This document shows, in pieces, positions 1-9,095 of a stretch of 64,000 bases of DNA (position 1 is its first letter; each line of letters begins with the position of its first letter). The position numbers were made by a program, and so were the translations under genes. This DNA comes from Anaerolineae bacterium (GTDB lineage: Bacteria > Chloroflexota > Anaerolineae > J102), in the NCBI GenBank assembly GCA_026991225.1, contig JALXCB010000054.1, positions 4,277 to 68,276 of the forward strand. Direction: 5' to 3'. Below the pieces are notes generated by a model. The model was not told the DNA's origin. It saw only the letters and a list, made by a program, of their open reading frames with translations, and made no database searches.

Positions 1-780
1 CAGGGCCATCGCTGTTCGCACCCATCCCCGCTTCATCCACTGAACACTGATTACTGAATACTGATTACTGAATACCGCCCCAAGCGCCCACAAACTCAAA
101 CTCACCCCTACCGGCAACAACAACCCCAGATAGCCTGCATACGGATTGGGCTGTCCGAAAGTCCCATAGGCCCGCAAAAATCGCCCCAGCAGATAGGCTT
201 CGGGGCCGATGCGGAACACGAACTGGCGGATGCCGATAAGGGCTTCCAGACTGCCCGCGGCCAGCAAGGTCAGCAGCAGGGGGAGGCGGTGTTTGGGCGT
301 GAGAAGCTGTGCGCCCAGCCAGTAGACCACCGCCACCTCGGCCCACTTCACCAGCTCGGGCAGGGCCGCGGTCAGGCTGCGGGCGGCCAGGGTGGAGTAG
401 AGCAGAATGGTCAGGAAGGGGAGGATGAGCCAGAGCAGGGGCGCGGGACGACGTCGCTGGAACCCGGCGGTGAAACGCAGGAACCAGGCGAAGAAAGCGG
501 CTCCCACCAGCAGGTCGGTGGGGCCGATGGATGCCGGGCCCAGGGGGACGCGGGTCACCGCGCTGAAAGGGATGACCAGAGCCAGGGCGTAGAGGCCCAG
601 CACGGGCCAGCGCAGCAACGCCAGCGCAAATCCCAACCCTGCCAGCAGAGCGACGCCCAGCTTCAGAGGCAGAAAAGCCAGCAGCGCGGCCAGCGCCAGC
701 ATGATAAGCGCATAGGCCGCGTATTCCCGCCAGGGCGCGGGGTGCGTGGAGGGTGAGGAGAGCATGGGGCGGTCAGTCAT
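1..780 (-). CDS. O-antigen ligase / Wzy_C-family membrane protein (partial, runs off window start)
   Basis: Reverse-strand ORF from ATG at 778-780 with no stop to position 1. Hydrophobic multi-TM translation with a 'GTFGQPNPYAGYLG' motif typical of O-antigen ligase family. Reads through the heptamer repeat at 36-80. Confidence 0.5.
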   Translation of the reverse strand, partial: MTDRPMLSSPSTHPAPWREYAAYALIMLALAALLAFLPLKLGVALLAGLGFALALLRWPVLGLYALALVIPFSAVTRVPLGPASIGPTDLLVGAAFFAWFLRFTAGFQRRRPAPLLWLILPFLTILLYSTLAARSLTAALPELVKWAEVAVVYWLGAQLLTPKHRLPLLLTLLAAGSLEALIGIRQFVFRIGPEAYLLGRFLRAYGTFGQPNPYAGYLGLLLPVGVSLSLWALGAVFSNQYSVISVQWMKRGWVRTAMAL

Positions 781-816
781 CAGTCATCAGTGAACAGTAA
801 TCAGTCCAACGCAATG

Positions 817-1986
817 CTATTTTCGCCGCAGCATCAGCGCCTCCGTCTTTTCGGCCATGCGTTGGGCGGTGAACTCGCTCCGGGCGACTTCCTGGCCCGC
901 GCGGCCGATGCGTTCCCGCAACGCCGGGTCTTCCAGCAGCATCCGCACCCGCTGGGTCAGGGCCACCTGGTCGCCCACGGGCACGATGAATCCCGTCTCG
1001 CCATCCCGGATCATGTCTTCCGCGCCTGCGGCGTCGGTGCGCACGACGGGCACGCCCATCTGCATGGCCTCAATAGCCACCAGGCCCAGGCCTTCGTTGT
1101 CCGACGGAAAGACGAACGCGTCTATGGCCGCGAAGACCTCGGACACGTTCTCCACCCAGCCCAGGAATACCATGCGTCCGGTCTCTTCCAGGGGCTGGGC
1201 CAGCTCGTGCAGACGGCGCTCGTAGCTGGCGGGCGCGCCTTGGGGCCGATGCCCGGCGATGAGGAATCGGGCCTGGGGGAAGCTGTCCGCCAGGGTCAGG
1301 GCCGTGCGGATGAACATATCGTGGCGTTTGTTGGGGGCTAAAGAGCCCACCGCGCCTACGACCAGCGCGTCCTCAGGCCAGCCCAGGCGGGCTTTCAGGG
1401 CCTCGCCCGACGCGTGGGGATCGATGCGGTCTGCGGGCAGACCATCGTGGATGACCACGGCTTTGGGCGGGGAGCCCAGCCCTGCTTCCACGGCTTGCGA
1501 GATGCAGATCACCCATTCGGCGAAGGCGTAGGCCGCGCGCTCGTTCATGCCCATGCGTCGTTCCCGCCGCAGATGCCACCACATGGGGACGCCTGCCAGC
1601 TTCGCCGCGGGCCCGGCCAGCACCGCGGCTCGGGTGCTGTTGGCGTGGATGCCGATGGCGTTTCGCTCGCGGGCCAGGCGGGCCAGGTCGCGTATGTGAA
1701 AGGCAAGTGCGGGCGCGGCCAGGGCCTTTTGCACCTTGCCCATGCCGCCCTTTTTGCTCTCCATCCGCCGCCAAATGCCGGGCGCAGGCAGGATCACCGT
1801 CTCGATGCCCGCTTCCCGGGCCCGCTGGGGCAAAATCCCGTCGCCCGGAGCCACGAACACAGGATGGATGCGCTCCAGATGGGTCATCAACCATACCAAC
1901 ACCCGCGCCGCACCGTAGAAGCGGTAGTAGTTGGATTCGTAGAAGAGAACGGTAGGCTTTTCGGGCATGGGGGAGGGAATGGCCAA
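817..1986 (-). CDS. glycosyltransferase family 4 (GT-B)
   Basis: 389-aa ORF. C-terminal 'PSDNEGLGLVAIEAMQMGVPVV...DGETGFIV' GT4 signature. Confidence 0.85.
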   Translation of the reverse strand: MAIPSPMPEKPTVLFYESNYYRFYGAARVLVWLMTHLERIHPVFVAPGDGILPQRAREAGIETVILPAPGIWRRMESKKGGMGKVQKALAAPALAFHIRDLARLARERNAIGIHANSTRAAVLAGPAAKLAGVPMWWHLRRERRMGMNERAAYAFAEWVICISQAVEAGLGSPPKAVVIHDGLPADRIDPHASGEALKARLGWPEDALVVGAVGSLAPNKRHDMFIRTALTLADSFPQARFLIAGHRPQGAPASYERRLHELAQPLEETGRMVFLGWVENVSEVFAAIDAFVFPSDNEGLGLVAIEAMQMGVPVVRTDAAGAEDMIRDGETGFIVPVGDQVALTQRVRMLLEDPALRERIGRAGQEVARSEFTAQRMAEKTEALMLRRK

Positions 1987-2104
1987 TGGCTAATTGTCAG
2001 TGGTCAATTGCTAATTGCCAATGACGTGGATAAAGGAGTGTGGATCGGGGAACAGGAGAGGTTTTGGATGGGTGCGTTTCAATTTGGGGGCAAAAAATCA
2101 TCGT

Positions 2105-2260
2105 CGATTCGTCGCCAAGCACTGGCCGAGTAAACTCGGGCTTTTTGGGCGCTTCGCGCCAGTGGTCGACCTTCGTCGACCTGTTGCATACGGTGAAAAT
2201 GGACGGCGGAGGCCGTCCACTGGCCGCAGGCCTGAAGCGCCCGACTTGAGTCGGCTAGTG
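2105..2260. repeat. multi-hairpin intergenic repeat (family G), copy 1
   Basis: Carries palindromes GGCGCttcGCGCC, GGTCGACcttcGTCGACC and GGACGGCggaGGCCGTCC. Reverse-complement copy at 34555-34695. Confidence 0.7.
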
Positions 2261-2347
2261 CGCCCCATTTTTGAAACGCACCCGTTTTGGATGGAGCGTT
2301 TGGCAAGAGGACGGCGATAGGGTAAAATAGGCGTATGGAGGATGCTG

Positions 2348-2593
2348 ATGACAATCGTCGTAAAAAGTGCAAAAGAGAATGAAATCTCTTTGCCCCAATG
2401 GTTGATGGAACGCCTGGATTTGAAAGAAGGCGAGGCTGTCAAGACCGTTATCGAAGGTGATTCTTTGCGTCTGACGCCTGTGGATCGTTTTTTGGCCTTG
2501 CGAGGCGCTTTACGGGACGATGAAGGCTTTGACGCTGCATTAGAAGAACTTGATCAAGTCTGGCGAGCATGGCAGCTTCCCGATATTGCTTAG
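2348..2593 (+). CDS. vapB: type II antitoxin VapB (AbrB/SpoVT-like)
   Basis: Small ORF 'MTIVVKSAKENEISLPQWLMERLDLKEGEAV...' overlapping the downstream PIN gene. GGAGG 6 nt upstream of ATG at 2348. Confidence 0.7.
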   Translation: MTIVVKSAKENEISLPQWLMERLDLKEGEAVKTVIEGDSLRLTPVDRFLALRGALRDDEGFDAALEELDQVWRAWQLPDIA

Positions 2594-2979
2594 ACACCGG
2601 CGTTTTGATCGATTTTCTCAAAGGGAGAGAGCCGGGAGCTTCTGCCGTTGAGAAGATCGTCAAGGAAAGCGCTTGTTTTGTCGCTTCTGTGACGGTATAT
2701 GAATTATTGTTTGGGGTGGCCCGGGCGCAACGAGAAATCGGGGAAAGCGCCCTGTTGGGAGTGATGACCATTTTGCCATTGGATGGTCGAACTGCTGCGC
2801 GGGCTGCATCACTCCATGTCGAATTGATTCGTCGCAATCAGGACATTGGCGTGAAAGACGTGTTCATTGCGGCCAGTTGTTTGGAGCATGATTTGCCTCT
2901 GGTTACCAAGAATATCAAGCATTTTCGACGGATTCCGGGGCTGAAGGCGCTGACGCCGGAAATGGCGCTTTCTTCCTAA
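2569..2979 (+). CDS. vapC: PIN-domain toxin VapC
   Basis: 'CLDTGVLIDFL' N-terminal PIN acidic motif, 136 aa. Overlaps vapB by about 25 nt. Confidence 0.8.
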   Translation: MAASRYCLDTGVLIDFLKGREPGASAVEKIVKESACFVASVTVYELLFGVARAQREIGESALLGVMTILPLDGRTAARAASLHVELIRRNQDIGVKDVFIAASCLEHDLPLVTKNIKHFRRIPGLKALTPEMALSS

Positions 2980-3085
2980 CCCGAAAAGAGTTGCGCAGAG
3001 GGAAACTGATCAATGAATCTCTGTAAGCTTTGTGAAGCTCCAAATCAGCTCTGTGGGCTCTGTGTAACACTGATAAGGTGTTAAT

Positions 3086-4465
3086 TCAGGGTAGGACTTT
3101 GCCGGGGTTGAGGATGCCGCGGGGGTCCAGGGTCTGTTTGAGTTGGCGCATGACTTCGATGGCGGGACCGTGTTCTTTGGTCATGAATTTGCGTTTGCCC
3201 AGGCCCACGCCGTGCTCGCCCGTGCAGGTGCCCTCCAGCTCCAATGCCAGACTCACGAACGCGTCGTTGAAGGCTAACGCCCGGTCGCGGGCCGCCGTGT
3301 CGTCGGGCGGGTAGAAGACGATGGTGTGGATGTTGCCGTCCCCCGCGTGGCCCAGCAGGCTGCCTACGACGCCCATCACCTCCATCAGCGCGGCGGTGCG
3401 GGCGATGAGTTCGGGGTAATGGGAGATGGGCACGGCCGCATCGCCCACCAGGAATTTCTGGCCCGCGAAGTAGCGCACGTGGGCTTCGAAGAGATGGTGC
3501 CGCGCGTGCCAGATGCGGGCCCGTTCCTGACGACTGACGCCGGTCTCGAACCCTTCCGCGCCATGCTCCTGGCAGATGTCTCGCACCAGTTCCAGGCTGT
3601 CGCGCAGCGCGGCCTTGTGACCGGACGCGAATTCCATGAACAGAGCGGGCTGTTCGGGGAAGTGGGGGATGTCGGGGTCGGTGTTGAGGATGCGCATGGC
3701 CGTAGCGTCCAGCAGCTCCAACGCGGTGGGTTCCAGGCCCGAGCCGATGATGTCGAACACGGCCGCGGCCGCGTCGGCCACCGTGGGGAAGCGGGCCACG
3801 GCCGCGCTGATGTGGGCGGGGATGGGCGCGAGTTTGAGGGTGGCTTCGGTGACCACGCCCAGGGTGCCCTCGGAGCCGACGAAGAGATGGGTGAGATCAT
3901 AGCCCGCGCTTTGCTTCACCGAACGGGAGCCGGTGCGGATGACCCGGCCATCGGCCAGGACGACCTCCAGGGCCAGGACGTTGTCCCGGGTGGCGCCGTA
4001 TTTCACGGTGCGGATGCCCGCGGCGTTGTTCGCGATCATACCACCGATGCTGGCATTGGCGCCGGGGTCGGGCGCGAAGAAGAGGCCGTAGCGGGCCAGG
4101 ATTTTGTTCATGTCCTTGTAGAGCACGCCCGGCTGCACCGTCACCTGGAAATCCCGCTCGTGGATGGCGAGGATTTGGTCCATGCGGCTGAAGTCCATGA
4201 CCAGCCCGCCCTGGACGGGGATGGGGTTGCCCTCGATGCTGGTACCCGCGCCCCAAGGCGTGACGGGCACGCGTGCGTCGTGGGCCAGGCGCAGGGTCTG
4301 GCTCACCTCCTCGGTGGTCAGGGGCCAGACCACCACGTCGGGCGGATGGGGGTCGTGGGCGGACTGATCACGGGCGTGCTGTTCCCGCACGGCCTGGCTG
4401 AGGCCGATGCGGTCGGGGGGGTAAAGGGTTTGCAGATGGGTGAGGAAGTCGGTTGGCAGGGACAT
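3086..4465 (-). CDS. FAD-linked oxidase (GlcD / D-lactate dehydrogenase family)
   Basis: 459 aa. FAD-binding PCMH domain 'PWGAGTSIEGNPIP...' plus C-terminal FAD-oxidase_C. Confidence 0.8.
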   Translation of the reverse strand: MSLPTDFLTHLQTLYPPDRIGLSQAVREQHARDQSAHDPHPPDVVVWPLTTEEVSQTLRLAHDARVPVTPWGAGTSIEGNPIPVQGGLVMDFSRMDQILAIHERDFQVTVQPGVLYKDMNKILARYGLFFAPDPGANASIGGMIANNAAGIRTVKYGATRDNVLALEVVLADGRVIRTGSRSVKQSAGYDLTHLFVGSEGTLGVVTEATLKLAPIPAHISAAVARFPTVADAAAAVFDIIGSGLEPTALELLDATAMRILNTDPDIPHFPEQPALFMEFASGHKAALRDSLELVRDICQEHGAEGFETGVSRQERARIWHARHHLFEAHVRYFAGQKFLVGDAAVPISHYPELIARTAALMEVMGVVGSLLGHAGDGNIHTIVFYPPDDTAARDRALAFNDAFVSLALELEGTCTGEHGVGLGKRKFMTKEHGPAIEVMRQLKQTLDPRGILNPGKVLP

Positions 4466-4487
4466 GGGGCTGCAAGCAAGAAGTATT

Positions 4488-4510
4488 CGGTGTTCAGTAA
4501 TCAGTAATCA
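4488..4510. repeat. CAGTAAT heptamer tandem repeat
   Basis: 'tgttcagtaatcagtaatcag', 25-45 nt upstream of the FAD-oxidase start on its coding strand. Confidence 0.6.
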
Positions 4511-4554
4511 GAGCCGTTCGGCATTGGGCTTTGTTGCCACAGCAGGCGACACGA

Positions 4555-4735
4555 GTAGCGGCTCGCCGATACCGATGAAAAGGCCTCGCGGACAAGTTGA
4601 CGCGGGGAGCCAAGTACGTAATGCGTCATGCGTGATGCGTAACGACCTCACGGATTACGCATGACGCATCACGCCGTTGTCGCCTCGCCCAACCTTGGCT
4701 TTGCGAACCTTCAGCAACCAGCGATTATTCTATTT
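4555..4735. repeat. composite REP-like palindromic element (family B/E)
   Basis: 'gccgataccgatgaaaa..' module plus 'cgtaatgcgtcatgcgtgatgcgtaacgacctcacggattacgcatgacgcatcacg' palindrome plus 'ccaaccttggc' tail. Near-identical copies at 42600-42800 and 60715-60900. Confidence 0.8.
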
Positions 4736-5530
4736 TCATAGCAAGCTCTGACTCAGACCGCCGTCGATCTGGAGGGCGATGCCGTTGAGATAGCTGGCCC
4801 GGCCCGAGGCCAGGAACGCGACCACGGCCGCGAATTCGTCGGGGCGGCCCATGCGGCGGGCGGGGATGGCCGCGGTGATGCCCGCTTCCACCTGTTCGGG
4901 CGTGGTCCCGCGCGTCTCGGCCAGCCTTTCCAACAGCTCGCTCACCCGGGCGGTGCGGGTCCAGCCGGGCAGCACTGCGTTGAAGGTGACGCCCGTGTGG
5001 CCCAGTTCGTTGGCCAGGGTTTTGATGTAGCCGATGACGCCCGCCCGTGTGGCGTTGGAGAGGACGAGGTTGTTCAGGGGCTGTTTCGCTGAGATGGAGG
5101 TGATGGCGATGACCCGGCCCTGATCCGACTGCTTGAGGAAGGGCAGGGCTTCGGACACCATGCGTACGGTAGAGAGCAGGTTGAGTTCGATGGCGGCCTG
5201 CCAGGCCGCGTCGTCGAAGGATTCGACCGGGCCCGAGGGCGGGCCGCCTGCGTTGGTGACCAGAATATCCAGCCGCCCGCCGTAGTGCATGACCGCGGTC
5301 TGGATGAAGTGACGACAGCCTTCCAGGGTGGTGAGGTCGGCGACGATGGGCAGCACGTCGCCGCCGGTGGCTTTGCGCAGCTCGTCGGCCGCAGCCTCGA
5401 TGCGGGCCTGATCCCGGCTGCAGATGGCGACATGCGCGCCTTCTTTCAACAGCTCCAGGGCGACGGCCTTGCCCAGGCCCTTGCTGGCCGCGGCCACCGC
5501 GGCGATGCGTCCTTGCAATTGTAAATCCAT
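4736..5530 (-). CDS. SDR-family oxidoreductase (3-oxoacyl-ACP reductase-like)
   Basis: 264 aa. 'AAVAAASKGLGKAVA' Rossmann motif and 'NAG' motif, SDR length. Confidence 0.8.
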   Translation of the reverse strand: MDLQLQGRIAAVAAASKGLGKAVALELLKEGAHVAICSRDQARIEAAADELRKATGGDVLPIVADLTTLEGCRHFIQTAVMHYGGRLDILVTNAGGPPSGPVESFDDAAWQAAIELNLLSTVRMVSEALPFLKQSDQGRVIAITSISAKQPLNNLVLSNATRAGVIGYIKTLANELGHTGVTFNAVLPGWTRTARVSELLERLAETRGTTPEQVEAGITAAIPARRMGRPDEFAAVVAFLASGRASYLNGIALQIDGGLSQSLL

Positions 5531-5621
5531 AGGTCCTCCTGAATCCAGAGCGTCATTGTCATCGTGGGTGTCATTCTATCCCAAAACCAGTGGGGATCAA
5601 ACTTGCAAGGCCTTGCCGACC

Positions 5622-6209
5622 TTAATTCCACATGTCATTTTCTGGGAGCGGCGTTAACGGCAGGCTGGGAAGGCCGCGTGTCAGGCTTTCCAACAGTTGG
5701 TGCACGCGTTGTCGCGTTTCCAGCGTCAGTTCATTTCGCCAACAAAAGACGTCGGAAAATTGTTGATCATCCCATGTATATACGTGAAAGTTGGCGGGGT
5801 CACAATTGGCCATTTTCTCCTCGCGCCATCCCGCCTGGGTGATTCGCCCGAATGTGCTCTCCACCCGGGCGATTTCTTCTTCTGAGAGGAAGCGTGTGGG
5901 ATACTTGAGTTGCAGGGTTCTGGTTATTTGGGTGCAGTAAATCCTCTCGCTATCACAAATTTCCTTCTCCCATTCCAGGAAGTAGGCTATCGAAAACTTC
6001 ATTTGATTATCTGGCGTGCGATGAATGTGTGCGTTTTCGATTCCTGGTTTCGGCACGTAGCCAAACAGTGATGTGTACCCCGTCTCCAAGGTGAAATCAT
6101 GGAACTCACTGAAATCGAAGGTTTCTTCCGGGTAAGGAATCACGGTGTTCCCGTTCGCACATGATGCTATCAGCAGCGAGAAAACAAGTGCAAAAAGCCA
6201 TCGTTTCAT
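5622..6209 (-). CDS. hypothetical lipoprotein (low-GC)
   Basis: Signal peptide plus lipobox 'LLIASCANG'. Local GC clearly lower than surroundings. No recognisable domain. Confidence 0.55.
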   Translation of the reverse strand: MKRWLFALVFSLLIASCANGNTVIPYPEETFDFSEFHDFTLETGYTSLFGYVPKPGIENAHIHRTPDNQMKFSIAYFLEWEKEICDSERIYCTQITRTLQLKYPTRFLSEEEIARVESTFGRITQAGWREEKMANCDPANFHVYTWDDQQFSDVFCWRNELTLETRQRVHQLLESLTRGLPSLPLTPLPENDMWN

Positions 6210-6235
6210 GAATCTGTCATTGGAGCGTTTGAGTC

Positions 6236-6272
6236 ATACCTTTTTCAAATACTTTGCTGGTATGATTATAGT
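6236..6272 (+). promoter_or_regulatory. candidate sigma70-type promoter for the radical SAM gene
   Basis: AT-rich 'TTCAAAtactttgctggtatgatTATAGT' (17-bp spacer) about 45 nt upstream of AAGGAGG-ATG at 6317. Confidence 0.3.
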
Positions 6273-6316
6273 ACGAATGTTGTTCTATGAAAATATGGCT
6301 CTCAAGGAGGTCCATC

Positions 6317-7450
6317 ATGCCCGAGAAAGTCATCACTCTCGCTGAATATCTGGACAGCATGACCGTGCCCGGCGAATTATACGAGAAATTGGAAGACAAC
6401 GCCGTGCGTTGCTACGCCTGTGGCATGCGCTGCAAGATCAAGGATGGTCGCCGCGGCGTGTGTAAAGTGCGCTTCAACAAGGGCGGCGTGCTCTATGTGC
6501 CCTTCGGCTACGCCGCGGGCATCCAGGCCGATCCCATCGAGAAAAAGCCCTTCTTCCATGTGCTGCCGGGCGCAGACGCACTCACCTTTGGCATGTTGGG
6601 CTGCGACATGCACTGCGATTACTGCCAGAACTGGCTCACCTCCCAGGCCCTGCGCGATCCCGCCGCGGGCACGCTGCCCACGCCCATCACAGCGGAAGAG
6701 ATGGTGCGCCTGGCTCTGAAATCGGGCGCGAAGGCCGTGGTCAGCTCCTACAACGAGCCCCTCATCACCAGCGAATGGGCCGTGGCCGTGTTCAAGGAGG
6801 CCCGCAAGCACGATCTCATCTGCGGCTATGTCTCCAACGGCAACGCCACGCCCGAAGTTCTGGACTATCTCCGGCCCTGGGCGCAGATATACAAGATCGA
6901 CCTCAAGACCATGGATGATAAGAAATACCGCCAGCTCGGCGCGCCCCTGAAAAACATCCTGGACGGCATCAAGATGGTGTATGAGCGCGGTTTCTGGCTG
7001 GAGATCGTCACCCTGCTTGTGCCCAACTTCAACGACTCCGAGGCGGAGATCCGCGAAGCGGCCGAGTTCATCGCCTCTATCTCGCCCGATATCCCCTGGC
7101 ACATCACCGCCTTCCATCCCGACTACAAGATGACCGACCGCGGTCCCACCCGGGCCCGCAAGCTGCTGCGCGCGGCCGAGATCGGCAAAGAGGCTGGGTT
7201 GCACTTCGTTTATCTGGGCAACCTGCCCGGCCAGGTGGCCGAGTTCGAGAACACCTACTGCCCGCATTGCGGCGAACTGCTGGTCGAACGCCGCGGGTAT
7301 CTCATCACCGACTACCGCATCACCGACGAGGGTGCGTGCCCCAAGTGCGGCGCTGAGATTCCGGGCGTGTGGCACAAGCACGCGTCGGACGCGCCCGTGG
7401 CCGGGCGTCATACGCCCAGGCACGCCCGGCGGCCGCGTGTGGTCAGATAG
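6317..7450 (+). CDS. AmmeMemoRadiSam-system radical SAM enzyme (PflA-like activase fold)
   Basis: AAGGAGG SD, then ATG. 'CDMHCDYC' CxxxCxxC cluster, N-terminal Cys pairs and C-terminal 'CPHCG...CPKCG' ribbon. No AMMECR1 or Memo partner adjacent. Confidence 0.8.
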   Translation: MPEKVITLAEYLDSMTVPGELYEKLEDNAVRCYACGMRCKIKDGRRGVCKVRFNKGGVLYVPFGYAAGIQADPIEKKPFFHVLPGADALTFGMLGCDMHCDYCQNWLTSQALRDPAAGTLPTPITAEEMVRLALKSGAKAVVSSYNEPLITSEWAVAVFKEARKHDLICGYVSNGNATPEVLDYLRPWAQIYKIDLKTMDDKKYRQLGAPLKNILDGIKMVYERGFWLEIVTLLVPNFNDSEAEIREAAEFIASISPDIPWHITAFHPDYKMTDRGPTRARKLLRAAEIGKEAGLHFVYLGNLPGQVAEFENTYCPHCGELLVERRGYLITDYRITDEGACPKCGAEIPGVWHKHASDAPVAGRHTPRHARRPRVVR

Positions 7451-7462
7451 GATCGAGGGTTG

Positions 7463-7503
7463 GGATCAGGATTGGAAACCGCGCGTTGCCTGAATCCTGA
7501 TCC
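7463..7503. terminator. perfect 11-bp-stem hairpin between convergent genes
   Basis: GGATCAGGATT-(19 nt loop)-AATCCTGATCC, followed by (ATCCTR)n hexamers. No U-tract. Confidence 0.3.
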
Positions 7504-7520
7504 TAATCCTAATCCTGAGT
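7493..7520. repeat. (ATCCTR) hexamer tandem repeat (family F)
   Basis: 'atcctgatcctaatcctaatcctg'. Related hexamer tandems at 24776-24806 and 38341-38372. Confidence 0.6.
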
Positions 7521-7606
7521 CTTCCCCGCAATCGGGCGCAGCGCCTCGAACGCCTTCTCCCACACCCGTCAGGTCATGCTCCGACCATCGAAAATGGCGT
7601 CGTTCA

Positions 7607-8908
7607 TCATGTGGGGTTATCTTCTTGTTGCGAGGCGATGCTGACGCGTTGTCGCCAGCGATGAACGCGCTGAGACCAGGTCGGGCCGCGGGTGCGCATC
7701 AATTGGGCTTGTTCTTCGGTGAAGGGAATGGGGAAAGGATTCTGGTCGAGGATTTTGGCGTGGGCGTATTGAAAAAGGATTTTGAGGGTGGCCAGCGTGG
7801 GCGCGGCCAGGAAGATACCCAAAACGCCCGCGAAGCTGGCTCCAATGACCACCCCCACCAGCACAATCAAGGGATGAAGCTCCAGGGCGCTGCCCATGAT
7901 GCGAGGCACGATCAACGCGTTCTCCAATTGCTGAATGAGCACGTACGCGCCCAGCGTGATCAAAGCGAAGGTGACATTATTGACGGGCAGGATGGAGGAG
8001 CCCTGAGCCAGGGCCAGGATGACCGCGGGCACAGCCGCGATGATAGGCCCGATGGTGGGCACCGCCTCCATGACGCCGGCGATAATGGCCAGAGCCAGGG
8101 CGCTGGGCAGGCCAATGGCCAGGCCCACGATCAGCGTCATCGCGCCGATGACCAGCGAGAGCATCAATTGGCCCCGGAAGAAGGAGTGCCAGACCCGATT
8201 GATCCGGTGACCAAGCTCCGTCATCTCGGGCAGATAATCCGGTTTGACCAGGGACTTGGCCCAGGGCTTCAGCTTGTAGCCATCGACTGTGATATAGAAG
8301 GTGTAGAAAAAGAGCAGGAAAATGGAAAAGGCGAAGGACACCGTGCGCGCCACCAACGAAGTGAGAAAACCGGAAAGACTGCCAATGAGGCCCGAGGTGG
8401 CGGATATCACCTGCTTCAGATAATTCAAGACTTCATCCATGGTTGGCACATAGACCCCGCCTTCCCCGCCCTGGGCAAGAATGAGCCGGGCGATATCCTG
8501 GATGACGCGACTCAAATCCACATGAAATCCCCACAGATTAAAACCCCGTGATTCGGCCATCCAGGTGTTCAATGAATCGAGACCGCGCAGACTGGCGGCC
8601 ACCAAATCCACGGAAAGTTGCAGGAACTGGTTGAGTAGGAGGGGGAAGAGAATGGCCGGGATCACAAAGAGGATGCCCACGGCGACAAATAGGGCGATGA
8701 TCGCGGCCAAGGCCCGGGGCATGCCATGGTCATCCAACCAGTTGACCAGGGGCTGAAGCAGATAGGCCAGCAACGCCGCGACCACCAGCCAGGCCAGGGC
8801 CGAACGAGCGTAATAAATCAGCCCCAATCCCACGGCGACGATGGCCAGAATGGCCCAACGTTTGGTGTCGACAGACCAGCGGGGGGGAGTAGATGGCGAC
8901 GCGTTCAT
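7607..8908 (-). CDS. AI-2E family transporter (PerM/UPF0118)
   Basis: 433 aa, 8 TM, 'ENALIVPRIMG' conserved AI-2E motif. Confidence 0.8.
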   Translation of the reverse strand: MNASPSTPPRWSVDTKRWAILAIVAVGLGLIYYARSALAWLVVAALLAYLLQPLVNWLDDHGMPRALAAIIALFVAVGILFVIPAILFPLLLNQFLQLSVDLVAASLRGLDSLNTWMAESRGFNLWGFHVDLSRVIQDIARLILAQGGEGGVYVPTMDEVLNYLKQVISATSGLIGSLSGFLTSLVARTVSFAFSIFLLFFYTFYITVDGYKLKPWAKSLVKPDYLPEMTELGHRINRVWHSFFRGQLMLSLVIGAMTLIVGLAIGLPSALALAIIAGVMEAVPTIGPIIAAVPAVILALAQGSSILPVNNVTFALITLGAYVLIQQLENALIVPRIMGSALELHPLIVLVGVVIGASFAGVLGIFLAAPTLATLKILFQYAHAKILDQNPFPIPFTEEQAQLMRTRGPTWSQRVHRWRQRVSIASQQEDNPT

Positions 8909-8989
8909 GGCGGAGGGACGTTCACGGATAAAAGTGCAACGGTGGGGCGTCCGCGGTGGGGGAGTGAAGAAGATGGAGCCGAATACTCT

Positions 8990-9095
8990 GTGGACTCGTA
9001 GACCAGGAAAACCAGGTGAAAAGCGATTTCCTCCCGGTTTCCTGGTCTACCGGGTTTCTGGTCTACCGGGTTTCTGGTTTCCCTGGTTGCCAACG
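8990..9095. repeat. GGTCTACCGGGTTTCTGG-type repeat (family D)
   Basis: 'ggtttcctggtctaccgggtttctggtctaccgggtttctggtttccctgg'. Related copies at 18520-18600, 26125-26220 and 58690-58775. Confidence 0.7.

Noticed and set aside
36-80. CRISPR-like appearance of short tandem repeats (heptamers, hexamers, family D)
   Set aside because: Units are 6-20 bp with no unique spacers of 25-40 bp. No cas genes are present. These are microsatellite/REP-type repeats, not CRISPR arrays.
289-756. 155-aa plus-strand ORF (Gln/Gly/Arg-rich)
   Set aside because: Antisense to the O-antigen-ligase-like gene. Composition is typical of GC-rich out-of-frame translation, with no SD.
1990-2035. 'ggccaatggctaattgtcagtggtcaattgctaattgccaatg' initially grouped with the CAGTAAT heptamer family
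   Set aside because: The repeat units (GCTAATTG, CCAATG) are different. It is a local imperfect direct or inverted repeat upstream of the glycosyltransferase, and not the same family.
2980-3085. AT-richer gap with three 'ctctgt' repeats between the convergent vapC and FAD-oxidase genes
   Set aside because: Possibly a bidirectional terminator, but there is no convincing stem plus U-tract and no second copy elsewhere. Too weak to call.
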